Shown in pieces: positions 16,370 to 27,541 of a stretch of 64,000 nucleotides of DNA (the first letter of the stretch is position 1; each line of letters begins with the position of its first letter). The position numbers were made by a program, and so were the translations under genes. The notes below the pieces were generated by a model, which made no database searches, was not told the DNA's origin, and was given only the letters and a program-made list of their open reading frames with translations. Origin of the DNA: a virus; IMG/VR virus record IMGVR_UViG_3300005748_000015, positions 1-64,000 of that record; one strand, given 5' to 3'.

Positions 16370-18964
16370 ATGGCTATAGACAATTTTTTCAAAGACATAG
16401 GTGGCAAGTTAGTTGCCAATAAATTTGAAGGTAACGATAATAAGGATCGATCTGGTGGTGATCCGCTTAAAAAGTTTACTGACGAAAATAAGCCTGAAAA
16501 AGAAGCCTTTTTTGCACCTAAAAATATAGAGCCAGAAAGGGCTGCTAGAATATACCCATATAGATTGCTGGTTATAGATGTTAGAGATAGCAAAATAATC
16601 AAAGGTAGTAGTCCTGATAGTTTTTATTTCAATTACAACGAAGAAACTGGTGGTACAAATTTTGTTCAACAAAATTATCTTCAATGGGAGTTTGTATTGC
16701 CAATTACACCTCAGCAGTTAAGTATAACAGATCAGTTTGCAATCAATACAACAGCTACAATGCGTGGTATAGTAGAAGAGCACAATGGTGTAAAATTCAA
16801 AATGATCCAAGCTTCTGGTACAACGGGTATTTTCCCAATTAGAAACTCTTTTGAAGACCCAGACAGTGGTACGGGTCAAAGTTTATTTGGAGGTACTGCC
16901 GAAGCTTTGGGTGGTCTTATAGATGCCGCCAATGCCTTAAGCGGTACAAAGCCTAAACCTACTGTTGGTGTAAACTCTGAAGACCCTAAAAAGAGTAAAA
17001 ATACTGGTTACTATCAGGCTATGTTGTTACAACAATTTCTTGAACAATATGCTATTGCAAAAAAGAAACCTATAAACAAACATTGGAGATTAGTTTTTGA
17101 CTGTCCAAAAATGAATGAATCTTTTATTGTAACACCAATGCAGTACACTGTAACAAAAAGTCAAAGAAGTCCTGGTGAGCATTTGTTTAATATGCAATTT
17201 AAAGCGTGGAAAAGGGTAGATTTAAAAGCCAAAACAACTCCAAGATCAAAAGATATTCAAGTACTTACCCCTAATTTTTTTCAAACATTAAACAATTCAC
17301 TTGATAATGCTAGAAGTTTAATGAGTGCATCTTTAAATGTTATCAAAGCTGTAAGAGCTGACTTTAGAAAACCATTTGATACATTGAGAAAGGTCACATT
17401 GCTTGCTAAAGATTTTGCAGGAATAGGCGTTGCTATTTCTGACTTACCAAATCAAATTGCCAAAGATATTACATCAGCAACACAGAAAAGAACAAGAGAT
17501 TTAGCTTTATCTGTTGGTAGCAACGCTATTAGTGGGGGAGAGGTTAGAAGCCGTGTTGCACAAGATAAAATCAACAAAACATCAGCGTTAATTACAGAAG
17601 AAGGAAACAAAACTGAAGGACAAGATGGAGATGCTATAGAAAGCGGTGAAGGTGGAAAAGAAGCTAGAGATGCTAGAAGAACATCTCCTTTAAATAACGT
17701 CTTTAATGAGCCGGAGGCTAACTTTGATTTTTTTAATTCAATTTCAATAGATGAACTAGACCTTACACCCCAACAAACAGCTGCAATTCAGGATGAAATT
17801 GAGCTTAATTCTTTAATTTCAGTAGAAGAAATAAAAGAATTTGTCAAAGAAACTCAGGGCCTAATATTAGACCTTACTAATAACTTTGGTGCTGGAGATG
17901 ATTTTTTCTCGGAAGTTTTTGGTAGGCCAACACCTAGAAAACGTGCCACACCAATGACAATTGAAGAGTTTGAATTAATAAAAACTCTTGAAGATGCAGT
18001 TTTAAATATGAATATGCTTGTGGCAACTAGAGAGTTTGATGATGTTAGGACGCAAAGTTCTTTAGAATATGTTGGTGGTTTAGCTGAAGAATCTGGCATT
18101 GAATTTGACTCTTCTGCAACTGCAAAGTATTTAGCACCAGTACCCTTTGGTCTTACTATAGAGGAAATATCAGCAAGATACCTTGGTGATCCTGATAGGT
18201 ATAACGAAATCATTACTTTAAACAATTTAAGATCACCATATATAGATGAAGATGGATTTTTCTATGAATTATTATCCAATGGAGATGGTAGACAGTTCAA
18301 TATTGGAGATAATCAAAATTTATTTATAGGGCAAAAAATACAAATATCAAGTAATACAATACCAATGTTTACAAGGAAAATTACAGCAATAGAAAGAATT
18401 ACGGACGATAACTATTTGATTGCAGTAGATGGCTTGAGTAATTTGAACAACTTAACAACAAATGACAACGCTAAAATTAAAGCTTTCTTACCGGGAACTG
18501 TAAATAGTCAAAATCAAATATATATACCATCTGATCAAGCTGTCGATGAAGAGCCTAGAACATTTGATATTCCATTTTTGCAAGGCGATGATTTAACAGG
18601 CCTTTCAAAAGTAGATTGGTTGTTGGATGATAATGGAGATGTTGTTTTAAATTCATTTGGTGAAGCTGCTTTAGCAAATGGTTTAAATAATCTAGTACAA
18701 GCTTTAAAAATGAAAGTGGCAACTCAAAAAGGAAGCCTACTTGCAGATGAAAACTTTGGCCTTGGACTAGTTCCTGGGGTAAATGTTACAGAAATCAATA
18801 TTGAAACAGTATTGGGCGATTTAAGAGATATGGTATTGCAAGATTCTAGATTTGAGGCTGTAGATAAAATTGAAGTCAATCTTTTAGGGTCGGACTTATC
18901 TATTACAATTCAAGCTAGATTAGCTAATGGAAGAGGTATCTTTCCTATTGACTTTACAGTGTAA
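16370..18964 (+). CDS. Baseplate protein: tube-initiator-like N-domain, LysM-like domain and gp25-like C-domain
   Basis: FVLPITPQQLSI N-term; GLTIEEISARYLGDPDRYNEIITLNNL (LysM-like); NLVQALKMKVATQKGS..FGLG (gp25/gpW-like). Confidence 0.7.
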   Translation: MAIDNFFKDIGGKLVANKFEGNDNKDRSGGDPLKKFTDENKPEKEAFFAPKNIEPERAARIYPYRLLVIDVRDSKIIKGSSPDSFYFNYNEETGGTNFVQQNYLQWEFVLPITPQQLSITDQFAINTTATMRGIVEEHNGVKFKMIQASGTTGIFPIRNSFEDPDSGTGQSLFGGTAEALGGLIDAANALSGTKPKPTVGVNSEDPKKSKNTGYYQAMLLQQFLEQYAIAKKKPINKHWRLVFDCPKMNESFIVTPMQYTVTKSQRSPGEHLFNMQFKAWKRVDLKAKTTPRSKDIQVLTPNFFQTLNNSLDNARSLMSASLNVIKAVRADFRKPFDTLRKVTLLAKDFAGIGVAISDLPNQIAKDITSATQKRTRDLALSVGSNAISGGEVRSRVAQDKINKTSALITEEGNKTEGQDGDAIESGEGGKEARDARRTSPLNNVFNEPEANFDFFNSISIDELDLTPQQTAAIQDEIELNSLISVEEIKEFVKETQGLILDLTNNFGAGDDFFSEVFGRPTPRKRATPMTIEEFELIKTLEDAVLNMNMLVATREFDDVRTQSSLEYVGGLAEESGIEFDSSATAKYLAPVPFGLTIEEISARYLGDPDRYNEIITLNNLRSPYIDEDGFFYELLSNGDGRQFNIGDNQNLFIGQKIQISSNTIPMFTRKITAIERITDDNYLIAVDGLSNLNNLTTNDNAKIKAFLPGTVNSQNQIYIPSDQAVDEEPRTFDIPFLQGDDLTGLSKVDWLLDDNGDVVLNSFGEAALANGLNNLVQALKMKVATQKGSLLADENFGLGLVPGVNVTEINIETVLGDLRDMVLQDSRFEAVDKIEVNLLGSDLSITIQARLANGRGIFPIDFTV

Positions 18965-18984
18965 TTACAACAACTTACATAAGT

Positions 18985-19028
18985 TGTAAGGATAAATGAG
19001 TTTTTAGTTTATCCTTACAGTTATTTTT
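18985..19028 (+). terminator. 12-bp inverted repeat after the 864-aa gene
   Basis: TGTAAGGATAAA-N11-TTTATCCTTACA then T-rich. Confidence 0.6.
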
Positions 19029-19093
19029 GCCTTCACTCTGAATCTTTAAATTGTATGATATTATATATTTAAAGAGGATTTAAGAGGAAATAT

Positions 19094-22000
19094 ATGGCTG
19101 GTCTACCTACACCGAAATCAAGAGAACAAATACTTTCAGAAATGCTCACAGAATATGTAGGGCTTACAGGTATCAACGATCTTAATACTGGTTCTGTTAT
19201 TACCCAGTTTTTTGATGTTGTTGCTAGATCGGTTGCACGTACATCAGGCGATATATTTCAAATACTTAGAGATTTTTCTGTAGAAAGAGCTACAGGAGAA
19301 GCACTAAACAGAATAGGTAGGGAAGAGCGTGTTTATAGAAATACAGCTCAAGTTTCTAGTGGTACAGTAAAAGTTACCGATACAAGTTTTGAAAAAATAT
19401 CAACAAAAATATACTCTGGTGCTCCTTCCCCAAACATTGGAACGTCTGTTATCAAAGTTTCAGATGCTTCTAACTGGCCAACTTCAGGCAAGCTATACAT
19501 TGGTAGGGGAACTCCAAATATTGAGGGTCCAATTAATTTTAGTGCTACTGCTCAAGTAGGTGCTTTTTGGGAAATAACTCTTGACTCTCCAACAACTAAA
19601 TTTCATAACATTTCTGAGTCAGTAATTCTTGGACAGGGTGGGACTAGAAATATACCAATCAACACAGTAGTTTCATCTCCTGGTGCTGGCGCAACTCCTG
19701 CTATAAATTATAACGTATCTTCTAATGCACTTTTACTTGATGGTGAAAATGTAAATAATAATGTAAAAGTTACAGCTCAAGAGCCTGGGTCTTTAGCAAA
19801 CGCTCCTGCTGGTGCTATTACTGAATTTTCATCTACACCATTTCCGGGTGCGGCTGTAATAAATGTTACACCTTTTACAACTGGTTCTGATGAAGAATCT
19901 GACAATGATTATAGAGATAGAATTAAGAAAGAAAGACTATCAAGAGGTCTTGGTACAGCTCTTGCGGTAAAAAATGCCGTACTTGGGGCACAAGCTTCTG
20001 ATGAAAATGCCAGAGTAACTTCAAATGAAATTGATACTACCAATCCTGAGCAAACAATTTTAATTATTGATAACGGCCAAGGATACGAAGAAAAAACCGA
20101 AGGTGTAGGGCTTGAATTTGTAGTTGACTCTGCTATTGGTGGTGAACAAAATTTTCAATTACAAACTGGTGGAAGGCAAACGTCTATTGCCAAAGCTTTT
20201 CTTGAATCATCAATAAGTGCTCCTTATGACATTAGAAGTTTAGATAAATTATCTGTTTTAGTTGGCGGTATTATTTCTGAGCATATATTTCCTGAAGGAT
20301 CATTTAGAGCTGAAGGTGCTGCTACAGCTTTTGAGGTTGTATCAAGTATAAATGACAATCCTGACTTAACATTTGAAGCTACAACTTCTGAAAGTGGAAC
20401 TAAAGTTATTATCAGAGCAAAAGCTGAAGACAATGAATTTTTAAAAATAACAGCCCCATCAATTGGTGTCGATGCTGCTCCAAAACTAGGATTTCCTTCA
20501 AATGAAATCGCTACTGTTTTGCTTTACAAAAATAGAGAGCTTTTAAATAAAAACGGAAGATCAGCATTTGTTGTCACTAAAAATCAATTTACTTGGTCTA
20601 CAAGTATTACAAACAATGATACTCTCATAATTTCTGTTGATGGAACAGAGTCTGTAACTTATACATTTAAAAATGAAGATTTTATTGCCGAAGGAAACTA
20701 CGCAACTGTTAGTCCTCAAAATTCTCTTGAATCGTGGGCAAATGTAATCAACAATAAGATTACAGGTGTAACTGCTGAAGTTAATGGTGAGCAATTAAAA
20801 TTAACGTCTAACTTAGGACCAAAAAATAGAGCTGCTATCGTAATCGATCCGGCATCTGACCTTGTTGATAAGGGTATGTTTTCAAGTGATTTGGGGCTTA
20901 CATCTCAAGGTAATGAGGCTGACTTTGAATTATCAAGAAATACAGCACAAATTAAACTTAATCAACCTTTAACAAAAGGTGATTCTTTAAATCTAGGTTC
21001 AGAATTTACTAGAGCTGAAATTCAAAGTAAACCAATTCTTGGTGGACAAACTACACTTTCAGATACAGGGTATGTATGGTTTGTGGTTGATGATCCTAGT
21101 GTAGAAGCTGTTGAAGTTGGGGTTACATCTGATACATTTATTAGTGTACTAAAACCAGGTGGTGGTATAGTAAGATATGAAAGTACATCTCCAAATGCTT
21201 TTGATAATGTACAAGTTGGGGATTACGTAATTGTCTGGTCGCCCGATCTTTCTGCTACAAATAGATTAGAAGCTCGTGTAAATGCAAAAACTTCTACAAC
21301 ATTAGATTTAAGAGTAACTGTTGATGAAGAAACTGCTGCTGTTGCTGAAGGGCCTATCTTTTTTACAGAAGGTTTTACTGTAGTTAGAACTGAATATACA
21401 CCGCAAAAAATCAAGGTAGATGCTGGCGTTTACAATATCAATGATATTGCAGTTATTATTGATGATCAATTGGAAAATGCAACAGCTACTGTTGAAAGTG
21501 ACGAAATATTTGTTTTTAGAACTAAAACAGAATCTAATAATGGCTCTTTTTTTATTGCCGATTTTAATGACGCAGCAAAAGCGTTGAATCTTGTAAAAAA
21601 TGCTTTTTCACAAAGTATAAATTCTCAAATTGCATTTTATGAAACAAATTTTTCTGATAGACAATTTCCTGCTTTTGTTCACGGAAAAATAACAACCGAT
21701 GCTTATGCAGACCCAATTGATAGTTATATTTTAACTATAGATGCTGATGAAGACCTTACTGCTCTTGGTCTTGATCCAGCTGGATGGATTTGTTTAGGGC
21801 AGCCTTATGGGATTGCTAATGATGTGCAATCAAAAGAGTGTGTTGAAATTGAAAAATATGTAGGAACAACTATTAGTATTGAAAATAGCTATCTTTACAA
21901 AAGAGGTAGAGTTGACGATAGATTCCACGTTGTAAATCCATATGACTTTGGACATGATGATACATTAGTTGCCGTTTTGGATGACGACCCAACTGGTAAA

Positions 22001-25000
22001 ACATTTAATATGCCGTTATACAGAACGGCTGTTACAAATACTACACTAACAGTCAATCCTAATAACTTTAGAGCTTACGATCAAGAAGGTGGAGATGTTG
22101 AGTTTGTAGAATTTTTTGGTACTGATTTTAAATTTGATAATTATAAAGTTTTAATGCAAGCAAAAAATGTTATTGACCCTTCTTCTGCTGTCAATGATGA
22201 TGCTATTTTATATAGAGCATCAGAGTGGGGTAGGTCAGGTGAAAAAGTTGGTGTTGGATATTTTTATCCTACAACTCCAAATCAAACCGTTCAACATATT
22301 ACGAGTGTAGGTGAATTAGTAAATATTAAAGTATTCTTAAACTCTGGGCCTTCAAGAACTACAACTATAACAGGAACGACAGAGTGGAATGTTAGTATAT
22401 CTCCATTAAATCCAAGTGTAGATTTGGTTACATATGCGTGGACGGGCGTAGGAAGTGATCCGGGGTTAGGAAGTGTTAATAGTGGGGATTATGTTTCTAT
22501 TATTACTACTGGAGAATTTTCTACAGCCAATCAAGGTGCTTACAGAGTAGACAGTGCTACAGCAACAACTTTTACAGTTAAAAGAGCTACCGATGCAGCT
22601 GAAACACAGTCAAATGTTGCTACTTTAGAAACAAATACAATTTCTTTCTTTGAATCAACTGATACAACTGCCCAAGAAATTGTAGATTATGTAAATGCCA
22701 ATGTTACAGATTATATTACAGCAGAAATTGTTCAAGATGGAACAACTGCACTTGATGGTAGCGGATTAATAACAAGCTCAACAGGTGAAGATGTTGATTT
22801 TGCATATGAATATGTTAGATTTAAAGACGGTAAAAATTATATTTTATCTAGTGATATAAACGCTTCAATTGTTAACCCTCAGTTTATATTTAAAACACCT
22901 TTGGAACTTCCAAACTTTGATACAAATACGGTTAACGCTTATGCTTTTAACAAAAGTGAAGAAATAAAAATAATACCTCAGACTTCTATTCAAGTTACTG
23001 AGTTTTTAAATGTACTAGCTGTAACAGGATTTACAACTTTAGGTCAAATTAAATCTGTTGAAAGAAATACAAGTGTGCAATTATCAACAGACACTCTTGG
23101 CAATGATGGAGCAGTACAAATAGCTGGCGGTAATGCTGGTTCAGCGAATGCAGCTATTGAAGGTAGTGCAAGTGGTTTAGGCAATCAAGATAATGAAAAA
23201 ACTTTAACTAGTATTTTATCTGCAACTGCTGGAGGTTTTCATTCAGATCAGTGGGTAAAAGTTTTTGCTTCTGAAAGACAGAAAAAAACAACTGCAATAA
23301 ATGCTCTTAATTCCGTTAAAATTTCTGGCAACAGTCCGACATTAGGTAATTCAAAAATAGAAGTATTTAATAAAAATGTTGGCCAAAGACTTTTTGGAAG
23401 AAACAGATACTACACAAGAACTCGTGGTAGAACTTTTAAAGTTGAAAAACAAGGTCAATTTACTTGTTTTTCTTGGGACGGTAATGGTACAGAGCCATAC
23501 TTTTCAAAAACTGTAAATTTAAATGATGTTGATCCAAAAAATGTATCGGTATCTGCAAACGGCCAAACGGGAGTTACTGACTACAATGTTTTAGAAGGTA
23601 GCATCTCTTTTGAAGAAGTTGCAATTGGAGATATTGTTGATATAACAGGTTTTTCTCAAGATGGAAACAATGGTACATTTAAAGTATTAGGAACTTCTGA
23701 AGATGGAAAAACTTTAAGAGTTAGAAATCCAAATGCCGTTATTAGTAGTGGTAATGTTAATGAAATTCAATCATTGACATTTGATGCTGTTCCATCTACA
23801 GGTGATTTTACTTTAAATTTTGATGGAGAGATTACAGGTTCAATTCCTTATAATGCTGTAGCTGGTGATATAGAAACAGAACTAGAACTTCTTTCAAATA
23901 TAACTGATGTAAATGTTTCAGGTGATTTTTCAGTTGGGTTTACAATTGAATTTGCAGGAGTTAATTCCAATACTGATGTTAGTAGTTTAGTTGTAGAAAC
24001 TAATACTTTAGATGTTGCCATTAATGAATTTGAACGATATGATTTTTCTGGAATTTCAGGCTCAGAACTAGACGATATATCTCAAGTAGAAGAATTAGAT
24101 TTTACTGCTGTTACAAGTGCTAACTTAGACCAAACAAATCAAATTGAAGAGTATGATTTTACATTCCAAAGTTTAAGTGGTTCCACAATGAATGCTACTC
24201 AACAAGTAGAAGAGTGGAGCTTTGATGGTTTAGTTGGTTCTAGCTTTGATATATTACCGACAAAAAAATTACAATTATCAGGTAGTTATGCTTATCTATG
24301 GTTTAATGTAACAGATGGTTTAAATGCACAGTCAGACCCAGGAGGTACAGGGCTTGCAATTCAAGTTGATGTTTTATCTTCTGATAATGACGACACTCTT
24401 GCTACCAAAGCAGATGATGCCATTGATTTAGCAATTAATGGTGTTAAACAAATTGAACAATGGGATTTTGACACTTTAACAGGTGCTAGTTTTGACACTC
24501 TAACTGGTAAAAGTTTGCAATTAGGTGGAAGTTTAGCTTACGTTTGGTTTAATGTAACTGATGGTGTAAACGTACAAGCAGACCCAGGTGGAACTGGGGC
24601 AGGAATTCAAGTCGATATTTTAACCGCTGATAATGATCTACAGTTAGCATCAAAAGCAGAAGCTGCAATCACTCTAGCAGCAATCGCAGGGATTGATACT
24701 GTATTATCTAGCATTGATATATTAGAAGTAACTTATGATGCTGCAAACATTACAGATGGTAGTGATGTCGATACAGGTGCTATTTACACCAAAGTACAGG
24801 ATGGTGTTGATATAACTTTAGCTTCTGGTATTTCATCTTCTTCAGCTCCTGCCGATGTCTTAACTATAGTATATGATAGTGGGGATATTACAGATGGTGA
24901 TGATGCTGATGGTGGTGGAGTAGTTTTAACTATTACCCAACAAGGGCTTGAGGCACGATCATTTCAACTTGCTGGAGACTATGCGTATGTGTGGTACAAT

Positions 25001-27541
25001 GTAACTGATGGGTCAAATGTACAAGCAGACCCAGGTGGAAATGGTACTGGAATTCAAGTCGATGTTCTTGTGGCTGATGACGATAATGTGTTAGCAAACA
25101 GAACTTCCCTTGCAATTACTGCTGCATTGCCGATAGCTGGTATTTTATCAGTTTCAGATGCACTTGGTATTTTAACTGTAAACTATTCAGGTGGAGACAT
25201 TACCAACGGTAGTGATGTATCAGCTGGAGTTGCATATAGTGTTACTCAAGATGGCGTTAATTCAAAATCAATTCAGCTAGGTGGTAACTACGGTTATGTG
25301 TGGTTTAATGTAACTGATGGGGTCGCTACTCAATCTGATTCTGGTAATCTTGGAACAGGAATTCAAGTTGATATTTTAGCTGCTGACGATGCAATTTCAA
25401 TTGCCGGAAAAGCAGCAACAGCTATCGACACAGCTGCGGCTGGAATATTAGGATTAAAAAGTGCATCCAATGTTGATGAGATTTTAACTCTTAATTATGA
25501 AGTTGGTGCAATTAGCAATAGTTCCGATATAAATAGTGGAATTGTTCCAACAGAAATTACCGATGGATATGCTTCAAAATCAATTCAATTAGCAGAAAGT
25601 TCAGCTTATGTTTGGTTTGATGTAACTGACGGTGCAAATATACAATCAAATCCGGGTGGAACTGGGACGGCTATTAAAGTTGATGTATTACTTGCTGATG
25701 TAGCTGCTGATATTGCAAACAAAGCTGCTCTTGCAATTACTGCTGCATTACCTATTAGTCCAATTTTTAGTGCAACAGATAATGGTAATAGTTTAGAAGT
25801 TGCTTATGATTTTACTCCAACAATTTTTGGCTCAGATGTTTCTACTGGAGCTGTTGTTACTTATATTGAAAATGATAGTAATGAAATTACAGTTACCGAA
25901 GAAGTAAAAGGTTCTGTATCAGGAGATTTTTCAGTAAGTACAGAAATTCAAGAAGGAGATTCTGTAATTATTGGAAGTGATTTTAGTACTCTTAACCAAG
26001 GTATCTATAGATTAATAAGAAAATTTAAAGATTCTTTTTATATTGACAATCAAAACTCTATTGAAGAAGAAATTACAATGGCAGACCAATTAATTGATAT
26101 TGGGGCTGATATATCAACAAATTTTAATGTAGAAAAAATTGACGGTCTTACAAAACTATATTGGGCAGGAGCTGGAGTTGAACCTTCCTTTGAAGATTTA
26201 AGACCTGGTGATATTATTACATTAGGTGCTGCTTTTGATGTAAATAATCAAGGTGATTTTTATGTTGCAGATTCTGGAGAAAAATTACAACAAATTACAC
26301 GTTACACTCAATCAAGAGGTATCGACATCACTTCTGGGCAGTACGGATTTTTAAATAGTACTGATGATGCTACCGAATATGCCTTTTGGTATAATGTAGA
26401 TGGTGCTGGTGGTGCTCCAACACTTCCAGGGAAGACTTTGATTGAGATTCCAGTTTTAGACACAGATGATGCAAACGAGGTAGCGGTTAAAAAAGCAGCT
26501 GTATTAAATAATACACCTTATGATGCAGATTTTTCTGCTGAAGTTGATGGTGACGATGTTATTGTTACAAATGAATTAGCCGGGCCATGTACTGCTGGTT
26601 CAAACGGAAATATTGATGGACAATTTTTTGTTGAAGTACTACAGGTAGGCAGAAGAAACTTTGTAGACTATCTAAATGTTGCTGGCGTAAGTGAATCAGG
26701 GTTGGTAGCTGCTGCTGATATAGAAATTCACAGAGAAGCTATTCAATTTAAAGACTATGATGGGATTGTTGAAGGTGATGTATTTGTAATTTCAGATGCT
26801 TTCTTAGGTGAAAACAATGTTGGAAGATATACTGTAAATGAGATATTAAGTGACAAAGAAATTGTTGTCACTGGTGGCATGGAAAGTGTTGATAAAACAT
26901 TGTTAGATTTTAACTTTAACAAATTATATGTTGAAGAGTCAACACCTTATGTTGGCTATAAACAAATTGAACTTATTGCTACAAACCCATCAAATTTAAA
27001 TGCTAAAAATGTTGTTTTTACAACATTTAATCAATTTGATAAGATTGGTGAAATCGCTGGCGTATCAATGAGTGCTATGGGTAAATTAGAACTACCAACG
27101 GAAATTGTAAGAGGTGTTGATAGCTACAAATTCCATACAGGATTAATTGCTGAAGCAAATAGAATTGTTTATGGAGAGCCTAGAGATAATACCACATATC
27201 CTGGGGTTGCAGCTGCTGGTGCAGAAATTTTTATTAAAGCTCCACTTGTTAGAAGGGTTGAAGTTTCCATTGATGTACGTGTTAAAACTGGCGTTCCATT
27301 TAGCACAATTGTTACAGAAGTTAGAAACTCTATTGCAGCACTAATTGGTTCAAACCCTGTTGGCCAACCAATACCAATTTCAAATATTGTTAGTAATGTA
27401 GATGCGATTGTTGGGGTGCAAGCTGTTGCAATTAGTTCGCCACAATATGATGCGCAAAATGATGTAATTAGAATTAATGCTGGAGAAAAGGCACTTGTGT
27501 TAGACGCTATTGCTGACATTTTAGTGTCGAAGATTGACTGA
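19094..27541 (+). CDS. Giant baseplate J/gp6-like wedge protein (2815 aa) with nested inserted domains
   Basis: N-terminal DLNTGSV..ATGEALNRIG and GSDEESDNDYRDRI..GT motifs; C-terminal GQPIPISNIV..GV..V wedge motif. Confidence 0.85.
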   Translation: MAGLPTPKSREQILSEMLTEYVGLTGINDLNTGSVITQFFDVVARSVARTSGDIFQILRDFSVERATGEALNRIGREERVYRNTAQVSSGTVKVTDTSFEKISTKIYSGAPSPNIGTSVIKVSDASNWPTSGKLYIGRGTPNIEGPINFSATAQVGAFWEITLDSPTTKFHNISESVILGQGGTRNIPINTVVSSPGAGATPAINYNVSSNALLLDGENVNNNVKVTAQEPGSLANAPAGAITEFSSTPFPGAAVINVTPFTTGSDEESDNDYRDRIKKERLSRGLGTALAVKNAVLGAQASDENARVTSNEIDTTNPEQTILIIDNGQGYEEKTEGVGLEFVVDSAIGGEQNFQLQTGGRQTSIAKAFLESSISAPYDIRSLDKLSVLVGGIISEHIFPEGSFRAEGAATAFEVVSSINDNPDLTFEATTSESGTKVIIRAKAEDNEFLKITAPSIGVDAAPKLGFPSNEIATVLLYKNRELLNKNGRSAFVVTKNQFTWSTSITNNDTLIISVDGTESVTYTFKNEDFIAEGNYATVSPQNSLESWANVINNKITGVTAEVNGEQLKLTSNLGPKNRAAIVIDPASDLVDKGMFSSDLGLTSQGNEADFELSRNTAQIKLNQPLTKGDSLNLGSEFTRAEIQSKPILGGQTTLSDTGYVWFVVDDPSVEAVEVGVTSDTFISVLKPGGGIVRYESTSPNAFDNVQVGDYVIVWSPDLSATNRLEARVNAKTSTTLDLRVTVDEETAAVAEGPIFFTEGFTVVRTEYTPQKIKVDAGVYNINDIAVIIDDQLENATATVESDEIFVFRTKTESNNGSFFIADFNDAAKALNLVKNAFSQSINSQIAFYETNFSDRQFPAFVHGKITTDAYADPIDSYILTIDADEDLTALGLDPAGWICLGQPYGIANDVQSKECVEIEKYVGTTISIENSYLYKRGRVDDRFHVVNPYDFGHDDTLVAVLDDDPTGKTFNMPLYRTAVTNTTLTVNPNNFRAYDQEGGDVEFVEFFGTDFKFDNYKVLMQAKNVIDPSSAVNDDAILYRASEWGRSGEKVGVGYFYPTTPNQTVQHITSVGELVNIKVFLNSGPSRTTTITGTTEWNVSISPLNPSVDLVTYAWTGVGSDPGLGSVNSGDYVSIITTGEFSTANQGAYRVDSATATTFTVKRATDAAETQSNVATLETNTISFFESTDTTAQEIVDYVNANVTDYITAEIVQDGTTALDGSGLITSSTGEDVDFAYEYVRFKDGKNYILSSDINASIVNPQFIFKTPLELPNFDTNTVNAYAFNKSEEIKIIPQTSIQVTEFLNVLAVTGFTTLGQIKSVERNTSVQLSTDTLGNDGAVQIAGGNAGSANAAIEGSASGLGNQDNEKTLTSILSATAGGFHSDQWVKVFASERQKKTTAINALNSVKISGNSPTLGNSKIEVFNKNVGQRLFGRNRYYTRTRGRTFKVEKQGQFTCFSWDGNGTEPYFSKTVNLNDVDPKNVSVSANGQTGVTDYNVLEGSISFEEVAIGDIVDITGFSQDGNNGTFKVLGTSEDGKTLRVRNPNAVISSGNVNEIQSLTFDAVPSTGDFTLNFDGEITGSIPYNAVAGDIETELELLSNITDVNVSGDFSVGFTIEFAGVNSNTDVSSLVVETNTLDVAINEFERYDFSGISGSELDDISQVEELDFTAVTSANLDQTNQIEEYDFTFQSLSGSTMNATQQVEEWSFDGLVGSSFDILPTKKLQLSGSYAYLWFNVTDGLNAQSDPGGTGLAIQVDVLSSDNDDTLATKADDAIDLAINGVKQIEQWDFDTLTGASFDTLTGKSLQLGGSLAYVWFNVTDGVNVQADPGGTGAGIQVDILTADNDLQLASKAEAAITLAAIAGIDTVLSSIDILEVTYDAANITDGSDVDTGAIYTKVQDGVDITLASGISSSSAPADVLTIVYDSGDITDGDDADGGGVVLTITQQGLEARSFQLAGDYAYVWYNVTDGSNVQADPGGNGTGIQVDVLVADDDNVLANRTSLAITAALPIAGILSVSDALGILTVNYSGGDITNGSDVSAGVAYSVTQDGVNSKSIQLGGNYGYVWFNVTDGVATQSDSGNLGTGIQVDILAADDAISIAGKAATAIDTAAAGILGLKSASNVDEILTLNYEVGAISNSSDINSGIVPTEITDGYASKSIQLAESSAYVWFDVTDGANIQSNPGGTGTAIKVDVLLADVAADIANKAALAITAALPISPIFSATDNGNSLEVAYDFTPTIFGSDVSTGAVVTYIENDSNEITVTEEVKGSVSGDFSVSTEIQEGDSVIIGSDFSTLNQGIYRLIRKFKDSFYIDNQNSIEEEITMADQLIDIGADISTNFNVEKIDGLTKLYWAGAGVEPSFEDLRPGDIITLGAAFDVNNQGDFYVADSGEKLQQITRYTQSRGIDITSGQYGFLNSTDDATEYAFWYNVDGAGGAPTLPGKTLIEIPVLDTDDANEVAVKKAAVLNNTPYDADFSAEVDGDDVIVTNELAGPCTAGSNGNIDGQFFVEVLQVGRRNFVDYLNVAGVSESGLVAAADIEIHREAIQFKDYDGIVEGDVFVISDAFLGENNVGRYTVNEILSDKEIVVTGGMESVDKTLLDFNFNKLYVEESTPYVGYKQIELIATNPSNLNAKNVVFTTFNQFDKIGEIAGVSMSAMGKLELPTEIVRGVDSYKFHTGLIAEANRIVYGEPRDNTTYPGVAAAGAEIFIKAPLVRRVEVSIDVRVKTGVPFSTIVTEVRNSIAALIGSNPVGQPIPISNIVSNVDAIVGVQAVAISSPQYDAQNDVIRINAGEKALVLDAIADILVSKID

